A stretch of 62,997 bases of DNA, filler included, from Lenisia limosa (GCA_001655205.1; 15 parts of 15 records of this genome joined end to end with filler, not necessarily neighbours in it), one strand, 5' to 3'; shown: positions 35,783-49,255, numbered from the whole stretch's first letter. Numbers and translations are program-made. Notes: generated by a model not told the origin, from the sequence alone.

Positions 35783-38620
35783 TTAGTCCACGGTTTTATG
35801 CATGTCCACGATTTTATGCATGTCCACGGTTTCCGCTATATATACATGTATATGATAAATAATCCTACTTGACACGGCAGTTCGAGATGTTTTAGGTCTC
35901 GACAACGATGAGGGACTGTTATCTGGTTGCCTTTTACTGACATTGTAACACCTTAAAAGGTTAAGCACAGTAAATCACGACGAAACACACAACAAAATAC
36001 AATAGAAGAGTGAACATATTTTTGAGATCGACAAATTAAAGAAAGGCAACTCACCCATCAAGCGTGTTCCTACGTCTAATGTATTTTTAACATACAAATG
36101 TGTCTTCTTGGTAGAGAAGAAGCTGGCGATCGAGTAGGGACGTGATAGGAGATGAATATGTCATTTTGAAGCCTGACAGCCAGTAGAAGGTGGTTTTGGG
36201 AATATTGTCATAATTATCGTCCTCTTCAGGGACAGCTTCCTTGATCGTAATACTGCAGAACCAATCTACCATTCCCCAAAAACTTGGTGCCGTTATTTAG
36301 GTTTATATCCAATATATTCAACTTAACAATACGAAAACTTGTATATGAAGACAACAATTGAACAAAAAAACAAAGAAAATATTTTCCAAAGACTAAAAAC
36401 ATCAGAGCACTGGTCCGTCCAGTCGCGCTTCAGCTTCTCTGTCGCCTTCTAGCCTGGCAAATGAGTTAATATTCAATTGAACAGTTTTTTACGGGGTAGA
36501 GATGCTAGTAGCATATCACCAATCGGCGCATATTTCGCTTTAAAAAGGGTCAAAAAAAGTTACGTTCAACGTTACTCCCTTCACAGTTGTTTTTTATTCT
36601 TTGAACAAGTGTCTGGAACTGCAGTTGGTCTCTTGCAGCAAAGCAGGAGGCATGTTAGTCGAATAGACCAGAGACTGAACAGGCCTAAAACAGACACAAA
36701 AAAACGTTTTACTTCAGATTTTGCATCCATTCGCTGTAATTGCATCTCTATTCTGACGGAGTACCCATGTTTCCTTGCCTTCCCGACGATTTAACTTACA
36801 TCTGATGATGATGGGATGTTGCTGACGATTAAGAAGTGTTGCTCAAAAGAGTCCTTCATCTTCAACCACATCCCTTCATCATCCGCAATACCCATCAAGG
36901 GGTGTTGAGGGAGAGAAATATATATCATATACTATAAAGAAAATACTGCTTATCTGTTTAATTTGTGCCAAAGGAGTGGTTTTTTTGAATGTTAGTGGTA
37001 TAATTTGTTTCAACATTTTTAAACGAAAAGGTGTTGGTTATCTTGTGTATTACGTATTTAAGGAAGTTACGAGCCAACTACCTTCATAAAGGCTTCCTAA
37101 ATGTACATGTTGAGGTCTTAAACTATAATACATATCATATGTGAAGGTGGCACCAAATGAGTCAAGGCTATACAGCTCCCACTGCAAGTATACGGTTAGA
37201 CTGGTTCTTAGTTCTTGGATTTTATCATTCAGGTGAAGCAATGCGAAGAATCTGAAGCGATTTGTACTTGTTGTTCCGTAGTCTCTTCTTATAAACTATC
37301 ATATTGTCTGCATTCGACGGTACATATGAGTACAAGAAGAAGTAACTCGGTGGCCTTTTTTTATTGGTTTAATTATAACAATTGCAAAACATGATTTGAG
37401 TTTTACGACACGTGTGGCAGTTTTGCGAGATGTACATATGTGGTTTGGTTGATGGAAAGTCTAATATTTGTCGTAGTGATGGTGATAATTTTAGTGTTGA
37501 TAGTAGTGATAATGATGTAGATTTGGATGAAGTACTTGGTGTTGGTGATGGTGTTGATGGTGATTGTAGTGATGATGATGTAGATATGGAAGATCTATTT
37601 GGTGTTGCTGATGATGATGGTGTTGATAGAAATGGTAGGTCTGATATTGTAGGTTTTAGGCTTCAGTTGGCTACGATTTCGGATCGTAGCCGCTGTTGTT
37701 TGTAAGCCTTGTGGTAAGCAATAGCGTCACATTTAAAAAATTATTCTTTATTGAAAAAAACATTTGTAGTGTTGTTCCAACATTTATTTATACTATTTTT
37801 AACTGCCCAATCTCAAGGCAGTCTTCCCAAGAAGCAGGCTTTTCGAAGGATAGCTTGGACAATACTGAAGAAAGTTACACACCTGCAATTTTTACAATCC
37901 ACTCTTCCACATTCACTCAAAGACGAGTTCCTGGAGTTCAAGCCGCTGTTGGTAATTGGCACTCACAAGCTTGAACTGATTCCTTTGGTAGTCTGAGCAA
38001 TTGTTGTTCGTAAAAATCTGAAATAATTACAACCGAACAATATCTAACCAGAGTTCAGGGTCTGCTCCTTGGTAAGAACAATCATCAAAAGGTGCATTAA
38101 TCCATGTCTCTTCTGAAATAATGAATTGAAAATACAAAAAGTGGGGTGTATTGTTTTAAAAAGGGTGAATTAATAACACAATAGACTAGGTATACCCACA
38201 TCTGAATAATGCACATCTTCATCTTCAATATTAGTGTTGGCAACACTTTCTGCTCGGATGGCTGCGTATAAACACCAAACTTTCCTTTGAATAATAAACG
38301 TTGGTGGTTTGAAGTTACCCTGTTTTAATAACGCATAAAGTCGTAAATACCTGCAATTGTACCGTCATTGGCAACAATGGTGCTTATTCCATGTACCTTC
38401 TTCCTGGTTTTGGGAAATCTTGAAGGTCCTAGAAACAATAAAGAAATGGGAGAATTCCTAACTTATTATTATATACTATATCATATACTGTATATCATGC
38501 AGACAAACTTGAAGGATCACTTTGCTGCCCATGCGCTAACGGTCTTCTGGGTTGGTGGAGTTGATGGCAATTTTCCATTATTTTCCTTTTGTCTTAAATG
38601 TTGATGAGAGGTTTTTTCTT
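35783..38620 (-). pseudogene. Degenerate multi-exon coding region(s) of uncertain identity
   Basis: GT-AG bounded, stop-interrupted segments include STIVANDGTIAG.FKPPTFIIQRK, an S/T/P-rich tract (37440-37700), HLGSLYEGSWL and an ORF at 36087-36272. Confidence 0.35.
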
Positions 38621-38952
38621 CTTCTTCTTCTCTGTAATATCGACCTTTATATAAAATGATACAAAGATTCAATATGAACACTAATGTATTTATATAAATA
38701 TCATATACATATCGTATATATAATAGTATAGGTTTGTGTGTGAAACCGCGAACAAGCCTTTTTATTTGTTATACCCCTTTTAATCAAGCTAATCATGATA
38801 AAGCTGTTTTCCCATAACAAGACGTAACACTATGAGGTCGTTTCTCATTCACACATTGAAAACATATAGTACATTAGAAGTTAGAAGCTGTAAATAAGAA
38901 ATAATGAAGGAAATAGTAATGTACAACATAAGAACATAAGGAAACATAAAAG

Positions 38953-39474
38953 CTACTTCGCCTTCTTCTTTACAGGTGATTCTGAAAAATGAGAAAACGA
39001 CACTCTCTCAAAGTAACATACTTTTGGTTGCCTTTTTGGGGGAGGTAGCTTTCTTTTTTGGGGAAACCTTGTTTTGACGAGCAGCTGGGAGGACATTATC
39101 AATAAATCAAGTGATTTTTTAGAATAGAACAATACATGAAACGCAAAGTCAAACCCCTTCTCACCTTGAGCCTCAGCCTTCTTCTTTTTCTTGATATCTT
39201 CAAGAAGACGCTCTTCCCAGAAGGCAGGGTCATGGGGGGCAATGGCCTGGCGCTCGGTACCGACCTCGAATGGAAGCTCCTCTTCAGTTGCAGGGGCAGC
39301 CTCGACAATAGAGATGTCCCAGGGAAATGTGGTTGGATGTTTGTGGAAGAAGTCAACCTCAGCATCAGTGAGAGCTTGATGATAATTGGCAATAGCCATC
39401 CAAGCACCCTTCGCAGCCTCGGCGTCACCTCCTTTAGCCACCTTGATAAGGTCGATAAGCTCCTGGTTATTCAT
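38953..39474 (-). CDS. Three-exon ORF of 133 aa with a basic SPKK-type tail
   Basis: Exons 39474-39165, 39084-39022 and 38981-38953 total 402 nt in frame: MNNQELIDLIKVAKGG...KVSPKKKATSPKKATKKSPVKKKAK*. Confidence 0.7.
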   Translation of the reverse strand: MNNQELIDLIKVAKGGDAEAAKGAWMAIANYHQALTDAEVDFFHKHPTTFPWDISIVEAAPATEEELPFEVGTERQAIAPHDPAFWEERLLEDIKKKKKAEAQGEKGFDFAFHVLFYSKKSLDLLIMSSQLLVKTRFPQKRKLPPPKRQPKVCYFERVSFSHFSESPVKKKAK

Positions 39475-39537
39475 GATGCATAAATAAAGGGCAGTGCGGT
39501 GGGGAGGGGAGAGGAGCAGAAAATACTGAAGCAGAGT

Positions 39538-40670
39538 CTGGGAAATGGGAGGCATGAGTGGATGGGGTGATGGTGACGGATGGTGAGGGAAGCAGCTTGA
39601 CCTGGATACCAGAGTTTTTAAAGGCGGGTGTTGGTGGGTTCAGCAGCCTGGTTGTTGGCCTTCAGAGTGAAAAGAAGAACATGACAACGAAGAAGTGCAG
39701 CAGAAGAGATACCTTCAACAACCTGGGGGGGGACTTCTTGAGGAGGGATGTGAGAGTGGAGCGGAGGATAGCCTTGAATATAGCGAAAGTGATGCGATCA
39801 AGGGCCTGAGTAACTTGAGAGGTATGAGAGGGGAGCAGGTAGAGGTCATGTTATGTGCCTTGAGAAGGGCAAGGGCAACAACTGAGTATCGAGATGAGTG
39901 TCCATCAGTAATCATCAGGGAACGAGCAGTTGAAGGAAGTCCAAGAGCCTTGCGGTGAGCCTCCACAGCTGGAATGTAGTACGTTCCAATGTACTCCAGA
40001 AAGGTGTCACATGTCTAGAAGAGAGTGAGATATCAAAAATATATTTTACTAACCTGCCATCCATTAGGTGCTGAATTGAAGCAGCGGCATATCTAGACAA
40101 AATCTCGGCTTCTTCTCTAATTGTCTTCTGATTGAGAAGAAGAATGGGAGGGATGGGACTAAGACTTGAACTACAAAGTGAGATTGTGAAAACTGAAAAA
40201 CATAGTTGTATGTCTTTTTCACAATGAACTCATACTTGATGGCACCAACAAGGGTAATGTGCTGAATATTGTGTCCTTCTTTGGCATATGCACGCTTAGC
40301 CTCCTCAAGAGTAACAACCTTTCGCTGCTTCATTCCTGAGATTTGAACCATAGTCTCATCCATATTGGTAATCAAAGATGGGTGGCATTGCTTTATGGCA
40401 TGAGAAAGTGCAGAGAGGTGCCGCAAAATACGGTCAGGAGTGGTGGCATCATGTCGGCACTTCTCGAGTCTAACTTGGTAAATAAGAGATGAAAATAGTG
40501 CTGAAAAACAATTACAAGTATAAACTCAAATAGCATTTCATTTGAACAATTTCCTCAGCCTACAACTTTCTTGATGGTTGGGTGACTGTTGATAAAGCTC
40601 AATGCCCATTTTCTTGAAAATGACACCTTTTGAGATTGATGGCGGTAAACCTCTTGAGCAGCCTAACATT
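39538..40670 (-). mobile_element. pogo/Tigger-like DDE_1 transposase, intron-containing and frameshifted
   Basis: HTH-like SRKWALSFINSHP, then ITNMDETMV, SAPNGWQ|TCDTFLEY, MITDGHSSR and, after a -1 shift near 39845, LLPSHTSQVTQALD and AFKNSGI. GT-AG introns are present. Confidence 0.88.
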
Positions 40671-40739
40671 NNNNNNNNNNATAGGCTATAGGTATCATTC
40701 ATATAAACGATCTTCACGAACAAATAAAACACTCCCCAA

Positions 40740-43700
40740 ATGCCCGTAACACTTCCAATGATCGAAGATCTATCATATTATGAGAGAGGTTAGACAACCT
40801 ATTCAGTGTTCTGGGACTATAATTCAATTTCAACACTGTGGTGCTAATTCCAAGATCCATGGATTAATCAGGTGTACTGGACATACAATGGAAGCATATC
40901 TATTATATTAACTATCACCCCAATGTAGCTAAATTTTGCTTTCACCAATCTCCAATTATGTCTTGGTCTTGAAAATGAAACTCAAAGTGTTTTTGGAAAG
41001 TCATTGCTTTGACATGCTCCACCCAAGGATGGATCTTTCTTTTCAAAAAATAATCAAAAAATCCTAGAAGGTGACACTCTTGGCTTTTCCAAAATTTCTA
41101 TCACGTTTTAAATAAGATAAATCAAGTTGCAATGCATATCTCGACATTAAAGAACATTGGAAGATTCCATCATTAAAACAAGGTATCATTGAAGGTGTAG
41201 CGATCGAATGATATTTCACAAATTATTTAAGGCCTATCTTCCCACAAGATGGGTCGTAAACTATGATGATGGTAACACTTCAGATTATATCCATCCCACC
41301 AATTTCTGAGTTGGACCGAAAACACGAATCACAACAATGGTGAAACTGCATGCAATGGATAACACAAACGGTTCATATACATCAGGGAAAATCACATCAC
41401 AAACAATCAGATAATATGACAAGTACACAGTTTGAGAAAATTTATTGAATACCTCTGTTGCTTTATAAAACCTGTTGTATAGCTTCTATCGTGAAGAAAT
41501 ACAGGCTTGTCAAATACAAAGCAACTGATGACAAGTAAAATAAATGACTAAATCAGGATCTACCCCGCAAGATAGTCCCACATACCTTCCGACTGATAAA
41601 GTTGGGCCCAACAACAGTCTTCCGGGAGTGGAGCGAAGCTACTACCATCCTAAAGTTCTGACCGCTGCGAACAACGACTTCCATAAGATGAGCAAGAGAG
41701 TGGTGAAAAGACCCGGTACTATGTCAGGATGATGCTCTGGGAGAACAAAACATTACAAGAACAAGCAACCAACAAAAACAAAAGCAAAAAACCTGATCGA
41801 AGATCACCAATTAAAAACCACCTGATCGAGGATCAGCAAATTATTGATCACAAGATCAACACTCCAAAATATTTCTCCGTTGTCACGAGGATACAAGGCT
41901 TCTTCCTAGACGATCAAATCACCACCACTCACTAATAAGATCTTTTTCGTTAGCTTAACAACAAAGGGTTGGAGCTTAAAAGGGTACAGATCAAGGAACC
42001 TTTCAGAAAATGTTATGCAAATCGCCATCGTTTCACTTCAGGCTCCTTACACACATAACACAAAACAATACGTTAAAGTACCTCGGAAACCCAAAGAAAT
42101 AACGTGCTATTGTAGATAAAATCTGGTAACAGAATTATAACATTCCTTCACTCTGAGCCAATCCCTCAGAATTGTCTCTTTGGCCCAAGCTTACAGCTTT
42201 GAGCTTTTGCAAAACACGTTTCTCTACTCTAGTTAGGAGTCTGAAAAAGATATTTGCCTGGCGTCTAGGCAGCGGTGCGACACCTTGAAAAGGTACAAAG
42301 CGAGAAAAGACTCTTACTCTAACCAAATAAAAGCCTACAGTAATTCTCCATTTAGAAACGCTTGGGAAAACGAGTCAACCTGAGAAAAACTGCTCGCATC
42401 AGCCTCACCAGTTAACGTCAAGATCACCCATCTTGAGAAAGCTTCAGCTCCATTCCAAAACGCTATATTCAGGAAGGGGCGAAAGAAAAATGAATCTGTG
42501 CTTTTCCGCCTAAAGCTTACAAAACACGTGAAACAACAACCAATCACAGTTCTTAACCAATATTTCCAAAAGGAAGAAGAACCCAACAAGATCAGTATCT
42601 TTCACTAAATTCAAAAGGAATCAGAATGATTCTTAACCAGCTTATAAGAACTAATGTTCCATAGACCGGAGTGGACAACAGGCTCAAGGTTGCTAACAAC
42701 CAACAGAAGCCCAAAACAAATTATTGGAACTCAAATCTCCTCTCAAACTCCAATATCTTGTAGAACAAGACATCGTTGACATCAAGGGAAGAGAGTCTGG
42801 GCTAAGCAATGTGGTTCCAGAAAACGAGCCAAACTTATTCACAGTTGAAATCCAATTTGCTTTAAATTGAGTAGAACTACTCAGAAAAGGTAGAAACGGG
42901 CAGGCTTTAACCTCAAGGTGCAATCTATAACAAGAGATTGCTGTTCGAATATACAGTCAGACTGCTTTAGGAGCAGAAAGTACGTAAAAACCAACGTGCT
43001 CGCCATATGTGGACTGCGGAGTTACCTCTATTGCTATACTACCAGAGTTGCCGTAGTCAGGGTTGCAGGTGTACTCATCTTGTGCAAGGAAAAAGGACTG
43101 CAGAACAACCTTGGCATTGGTAATATCTGACGGCGAGACAAGTGTACCATTAATGATGTCATCATGGAGGCGTGAAAGTGGAGTGGTCAAGGTTCACAAA
43201 CGCTTCAATCTGTTGTGTTTGTGGCCCCTTTTCCTTCTTGCCACCATTTAAAGATGCCTCAAACTGTGTGATATTGCGGTGACTGGGAAACCCAGGAAGA
43301 TTGATAAAATCCGGGTTGAATAATTCACCAGCTTCGAATACTGCTTTCTGGGTCTGAGGGTGAGACATTCTTGCGTCGATTATATCTCTCGCAGCTGGTG
43401 TCGCGAGAAGAATGTTCATTTGGCGTTCAGTTCCACGAAGAAGGATCAGAACGGATTTGCCTGAAATGGACTTAATTGCAGAACACCATTCCTTCATACT
43501 CTGGCTGTGGGTGTATTTCAAGCTGAGTGTGGCTAATGCCCCATTGACAGACAGTTCGTGCTGGAGAGGGTATAACGTTTTTAAACAACATATCATGGCT
43601 CCCAAAATGGAGGAAGCGTCTACACAGTCGGAAGAGCTCATGGTGCTCGCAAATTGTACTGAAAGAAGGAGGAGAATGGTTGATGGGGACTGGTTGAATT

Positions 43701-44777
43701 GGAAATGTGAATAAAGAAGATTGTAGAGATGGGTAGTGATGGTACAGGATGGTTGGCATCTTGACGACAGAGTTCTCGCCATTTTAACAGGTCTCTGGCG
43801 TTTACCTTCAGGGATTTTTCGTCAGTTGTATCCACCTGGGCACCTCATGGATTACTTTCGGAAATTTATCCTTCAAAAGTTCGCCCTGGGCGGAACTGCA
43901 AGACAAGATGTACACTGGTCATGGTTCGGTTGTGATATTCTTGGTCAGAAATATTGCTCTGGGTACGGAATCTGGTGATTTAGAAACAGTAATGCCTTTT
44001 CGAATCTGGTCATTCGACCAGTTGAAGGACAGCCTCTCAACTTTCACTCCAACACAAGAATGGGGGGGGGGGCACACTACAGCTGTTTGATGGGATGGTG
44101 AAGCGAGGGAAGTCCAAATTTGGGGATACTCCCAGTTGTCGCTGTCGGGGGAAAGTTGATAGGTTGCAACAACGCTTGGCGGATTTGAAGCGTACACGGA
44201 GACGAACGTAGAGTCAATTTTGCAAATCCTGAGGAATTACTGGGTTTCTCTGATATTATTACCTGATATCTGCCGTCCAAATAACATAGTATGATACATA
44301 CTACTATGTACGCAGTATATACCTTGGCTCATAATATATATTTGTTGCTTTCAAAAAGGGATTCATTGTGGCACAGCATGTCTCAGAGAAAGGTATAAAA
44401 AGTTTCTGCAAATGATTTTGTATTTGAACAGTGACTCTGCAAGAAAAAATACTCGACTATAAGTGAGTGCTCTTTGTTAGTAATCAATCAATCACCTTGT
44501 GGAAGACCAACCTTTTGTAAATAAAGGGACATTGGGAAAGAACAATTAGATATCCTTTTTAGTGATCTCCAAAAACAACAAATTTGTTGCACTTCTGCAA
44601 AATCTAAATGAAACAAAGATCCAACATTTAACATTCCAAGCCAATTCCTGTGACAGTGTTATTTTTTTCAAAGACACTTTTAACTTAACAGACGAAATTT
44701 TAGATAAATTCAGAATCTGTAACAAGAACCAATCTGGTGGCTCTATAGCCCCAAGCAGTACTGATTTCATTAACTAA
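40740..44777. pseudogene. Cluster of intronless, stop- and frameshift-interrupted orphan ORFs (candidate endogenous viral element or TE cargo)
   Basis: Plus-strand frames at 40740-41530, 41544-42930 and 44378-44777; minus-strand frame at 44280-42957. No GT-AG/G-C-run intron architecture and no masked low-complexity tracts, unlike the host genes. Confidence 0.5.
43162..43782 (-). CDS. Longest intact frame of the cluster (206 aa), unknown protein
   Basis: Uninterrupted ...LKTLYPLQHELSVNGALATLSLKY...AVFEAGELFNPDFINLPGFPSHRNITQFEASL. It appears to continue by frameshift into 42957-43190. Confidence 0.45.
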   Translation of the reverse strand: MARTLSSRCQPSCTITTHLYNLLYSHFQFNQSPSTILLLLSVQFASTMSSSDCVDASSILGAMICCLKTLYPLQHELSVNGALATLSLKYTHSQSMKEWCSAIKSISGKSVLILLRGTERQMNILLATPAARDIIDARMSHPQTQKAVFEAGELFNPDFINLPGFPSHRNITQFEASLNGGKKEKGPQTQQIEAFVNLDHSTFTPP

Positions 44778-44809
44778 TAATCTGCTAATAATACTACTTC
44801 TCTAGTCAG

Positions 44810-44875
44810 CAGGGGGGTGACCTGGGGATTTTGAAGATCCCCAGATCTCTGACAGATCTCCAGATCTCTGGCAGT
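44810..44875 (+). mobile_element. Putative left terminus of a hAT-like DNA transposon
   Basis: CAGGGGGGTGACC start, a hairpin CTGGGGAT(44822-29)/ATCCCCAG(44837-44), and three CAGATCT subterminal repeats. The contig ends before a partner end appears. Confidence 0.35.
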
Positions 44876-45264
44876 CTAAAAATATGATTATTCTTTCGGG
44901 TCAGCTCGCCACTGGGTGGTGCCCTAAGGGTAAAATACTATACAATTATGGTCTCGTACAGAATTTTATCGTTNNNNNNNNNNNNNNNNNNNNNNNNNNN
45001 NNNNNNNNNNNNNNNNNTTAATTAATTAANNNNNNNNNNNNNNNNNNNNNNNNNNNNNNNNNNNNNNNNNNNNAAAAAAAAAAAAAAAAAAAAAAGATAC
45101 CAAAAGACAAAAAATCAAATTTACAGATAAATATAATAATATATATGTATTTCTTATATATCATATCTACAACATAGTATAGATAGGTAGTGTGGTATAC
45201 GAAGCTTGTCCTCAAGATTGTTCTTGGGGTTTACCATCCAGACAGCGTCGAAATCGCATAAAAA

Positions 45265-47538
45265 GCCGTCATTCAAGGAAAAGACATTTAGCTTTGCGGT
45301 AAGCGAAGTGATGAATCTCCTTTTCTATGCAAGCTGATCCTTAATTTCACAGATATCGGACGATTTCCCTTCAAGGGGACAGATAGCTGTTGAGGTGTAT
45401 GATGCGGACTGTGCAATGGTGAGGCTCCTGGGGATTTGAGGTGATAACTTCTTTCAGGCTGTTATTGGCAAAGGAAAGGCGGCAGTTTCTTCGATATCTA
45501 ATAAACTGTCAGCTGGAAAGAAGGCGGTTTTGGAGATCATGATACTGGAGAAGGTTTGAAAGGGACTGTGATTTGTTTGTGTGCAGTACTGTTTACACCT
45601 CTGACCGTCTAGAAGGGAAAGAAGGCAGATGCCACACCGGTTTGTGACAGGGTGAAACTCAGCTTTTTCTGACATACTAGGTGGGTGAAGCGAAGCTTGA
45701 AATCAAGCCAATTACTTTGAACGTCGTGACACCAGATCTAAACTTCAAAGAGAAGCCAAAGGTATTGCAACTTCTATAGATTGATTGTTTAGAAACAAAC
45801 AATTGTGACAGAATCTGGGCCTCCTGAAAACAATCAGATGAATGGTCAGATACAGATGGAAGGACAGCAACCACCAAACGAGGTTCAGTCCCAGCAGCAA
45901 TTTGATCCAAATCAACAGCAATTTGATCCAAATCAGCAGCAATTTGATCCAAACCAACAGCAATTTGATCCAAATCAACAGCAATTGGATCCAAATCGGC
46001 AGCAATTTGATCAAAATCAGCAGCAATTTGATCAAAATCAGCAGCAATTTGATCCAAATCAACAGCAGTTGGATCTGCAGCATCCCTCTGAACAAGCTCA
46101 GGGCATGGGTACTTCACCATTGGAACCACAGCAAGAGCAGGTAGAAAGTGTCCCAACAGAAGCACCAAAGCAGCCCATTGGGAGTTTGAAGGGGAGGAGC
46201 TTTAAGGATTTAAGCCCTGAAGAACAGGCTATTGTCAAGAAGAAGGCCATGGAAATGAAGAAGAAGAAGATGCAGGAACAAGAAGCGACAGCAGAGGTGA
46301 ACAAAAACGAGTCTTCTGTCGAATTACCCCCCTCCGTTCAAATCAAGGTTTGTTTGGAGTCTTTTTCTTGGGATATTATATTATCACTGTATGCAACCTA
46401 TACCATTACGGTTATAAGGGTTATAGTATGATATTAAAGTACCCCTTGCGGTTTTATTGAAATTAACTTTACCGTATTAGGAGAAGACAACACGCATGTC
46501 TGCCCTACGAGTTGAAGTACTAGAATTTAAAAAAGAGGCCATGAGTAAGCTATGGTTTTTAGCCTCATAATATGCTTTGAATTTCATGTTCTAGGGTTGA
46601 AGAACGAAGGGGACATTGAGTCAGCAAAAGGGAAACTCATCCAGGTCAAAGCACTTTCACAGGAAATGGTACTCATTATAGTTTTCAGATACCTTTTCTC
46701 TGTTCCCCTCCCCTTACATAATAGCAAAAACTTCAAGCAGAGGTGACAGAGTTGAGGAAACTCCCAGAAGATGAAACGCCCAAAGTGAAACCGGCAACAC
46801 CCCCAAGTATGTTGCCTTTCAGCCTCTAATGACCCAAATTATTATTATGTATTATCTGAGAGTTTAAGACATTTTGTGTGGACCGTTTAACAAATAATCT
46901 GATTGAGTAGGTGCAGAAGTTCAGAAACAGCTTCCTCCTTTACCCGGACAAAACTCCTCCCCTCCATCAGCGCGTGCCAATGTTTGCTATTTTATTTCCT
47001 TTTCATTATAACTTAGCCCCCTCAGTCGCCCGCAGAACCCACAAACACTCCCCAGGTATTATCTTTTGGGATACAGTTATCATGGACAATACTACTATTC
47101 TGTATTATACATATTCTATTATAGAATTTGACATTTGATAGGGTTTTTGTGACGGTTAATTTCTCAGATTTCCACACCCGCCCTTCCTGCTGACTTCCCC
47201 CCTCCCCCGAAGTCTGGGTCTCAGGTTTGCTGTTGATTCCTAAATTGGCTTGGTTCAAGATATCTGAAGCCAAAAACAGAGAGCCGATCTAACTAGCTTA
47301 GAAAAGAGGACCCGGAGTCCCCCCTGGTATGCCGCCACCACCAGACAGCAGAGGGCTACCTGCTGGCATGCCTCCCCCTCCAGGGTAAGCCGGGATGACA
47401 TGCTTCACTTGTTTTATGTTAGAATAATCTTGGGATGCAGAAGACAGGATGCCCAGCATACAACAGTGATACAATTAACCATTCAGAACATTGACCCCCC
47501 ACCCCCCAAGTGAAGCCCTCCCGTCAAGCCGCCCTCGG
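45265..47538 (+). CDS. C2-domain protein with QQQFDPN repeats, a DM14-like helix hairpin and a Pro-rich region (partial)
   Basis: C2-like exons PSFKEKTFSFA|ISDD..IAVEVYDADCAM|AVIGKGKAAVSSI..VGEAKLEIK. DM14-like LRVEVLEFKKEAMS|LKNEGDIESAKGKLIQVKAL. Pro-rich exons to 47540. Confidence 0.6.
45892..46080 (+). repeat. Coding 21-bp tandem repeat, 9 units
   Basis: QQQFDPN x4, QQQLDPN, RQQFDQN, QQQFDQN, QQQFDPN, QQQLDLQ. Confidence 0.95.
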
Positions 47539-47872
47539 TACGAGCCTTGGGTTTCACTTCTCTCATAAACGTGTACATCGGGGTTTCATTTCGATCCGAA
47601 AATGATTGTAGTATCGGCGTTCAGNNNNNNNNNNNNNNNNNNNNNNNNNNNNNNNNNNNNNNNNNNNNTTAATTAATTAANNNNNNNNNNNNNNNNNNNN
47701 NNNNNNNNNNNNNNNNNNNNNNNNGGAGCGGGGGAAGGGGATGGAGAGGGGGAGGGAGAGGGGGATGGAGAGGGGGAACCCTTAGTCACTAAAAGGTAAG
47801 CAATCACCAAAAATGGAATATGCAAAAGAAATCATCAAAGACCGGAGGGCTAACCAGGAGGAGAGGGTATCA

Positions 47873-49255
<1,383 letters not shown>

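Noticed and set aside
40740-44777. Alternative genetic code with all three stops reassigned
   Set aside because: Frameshifts accompany the stops, which fits pseudogenisation better. Intact homologues would be needed to reopen the question.
45230-45675. Minus-strand ORF 45454-45675 and antisense repeat ORFs 45677-46168 and 45745-46095
   Set aside because: The plus strand has canonical GT-AG exons encoding a C2-like domain, so these are shadows of that gene and its repeat.
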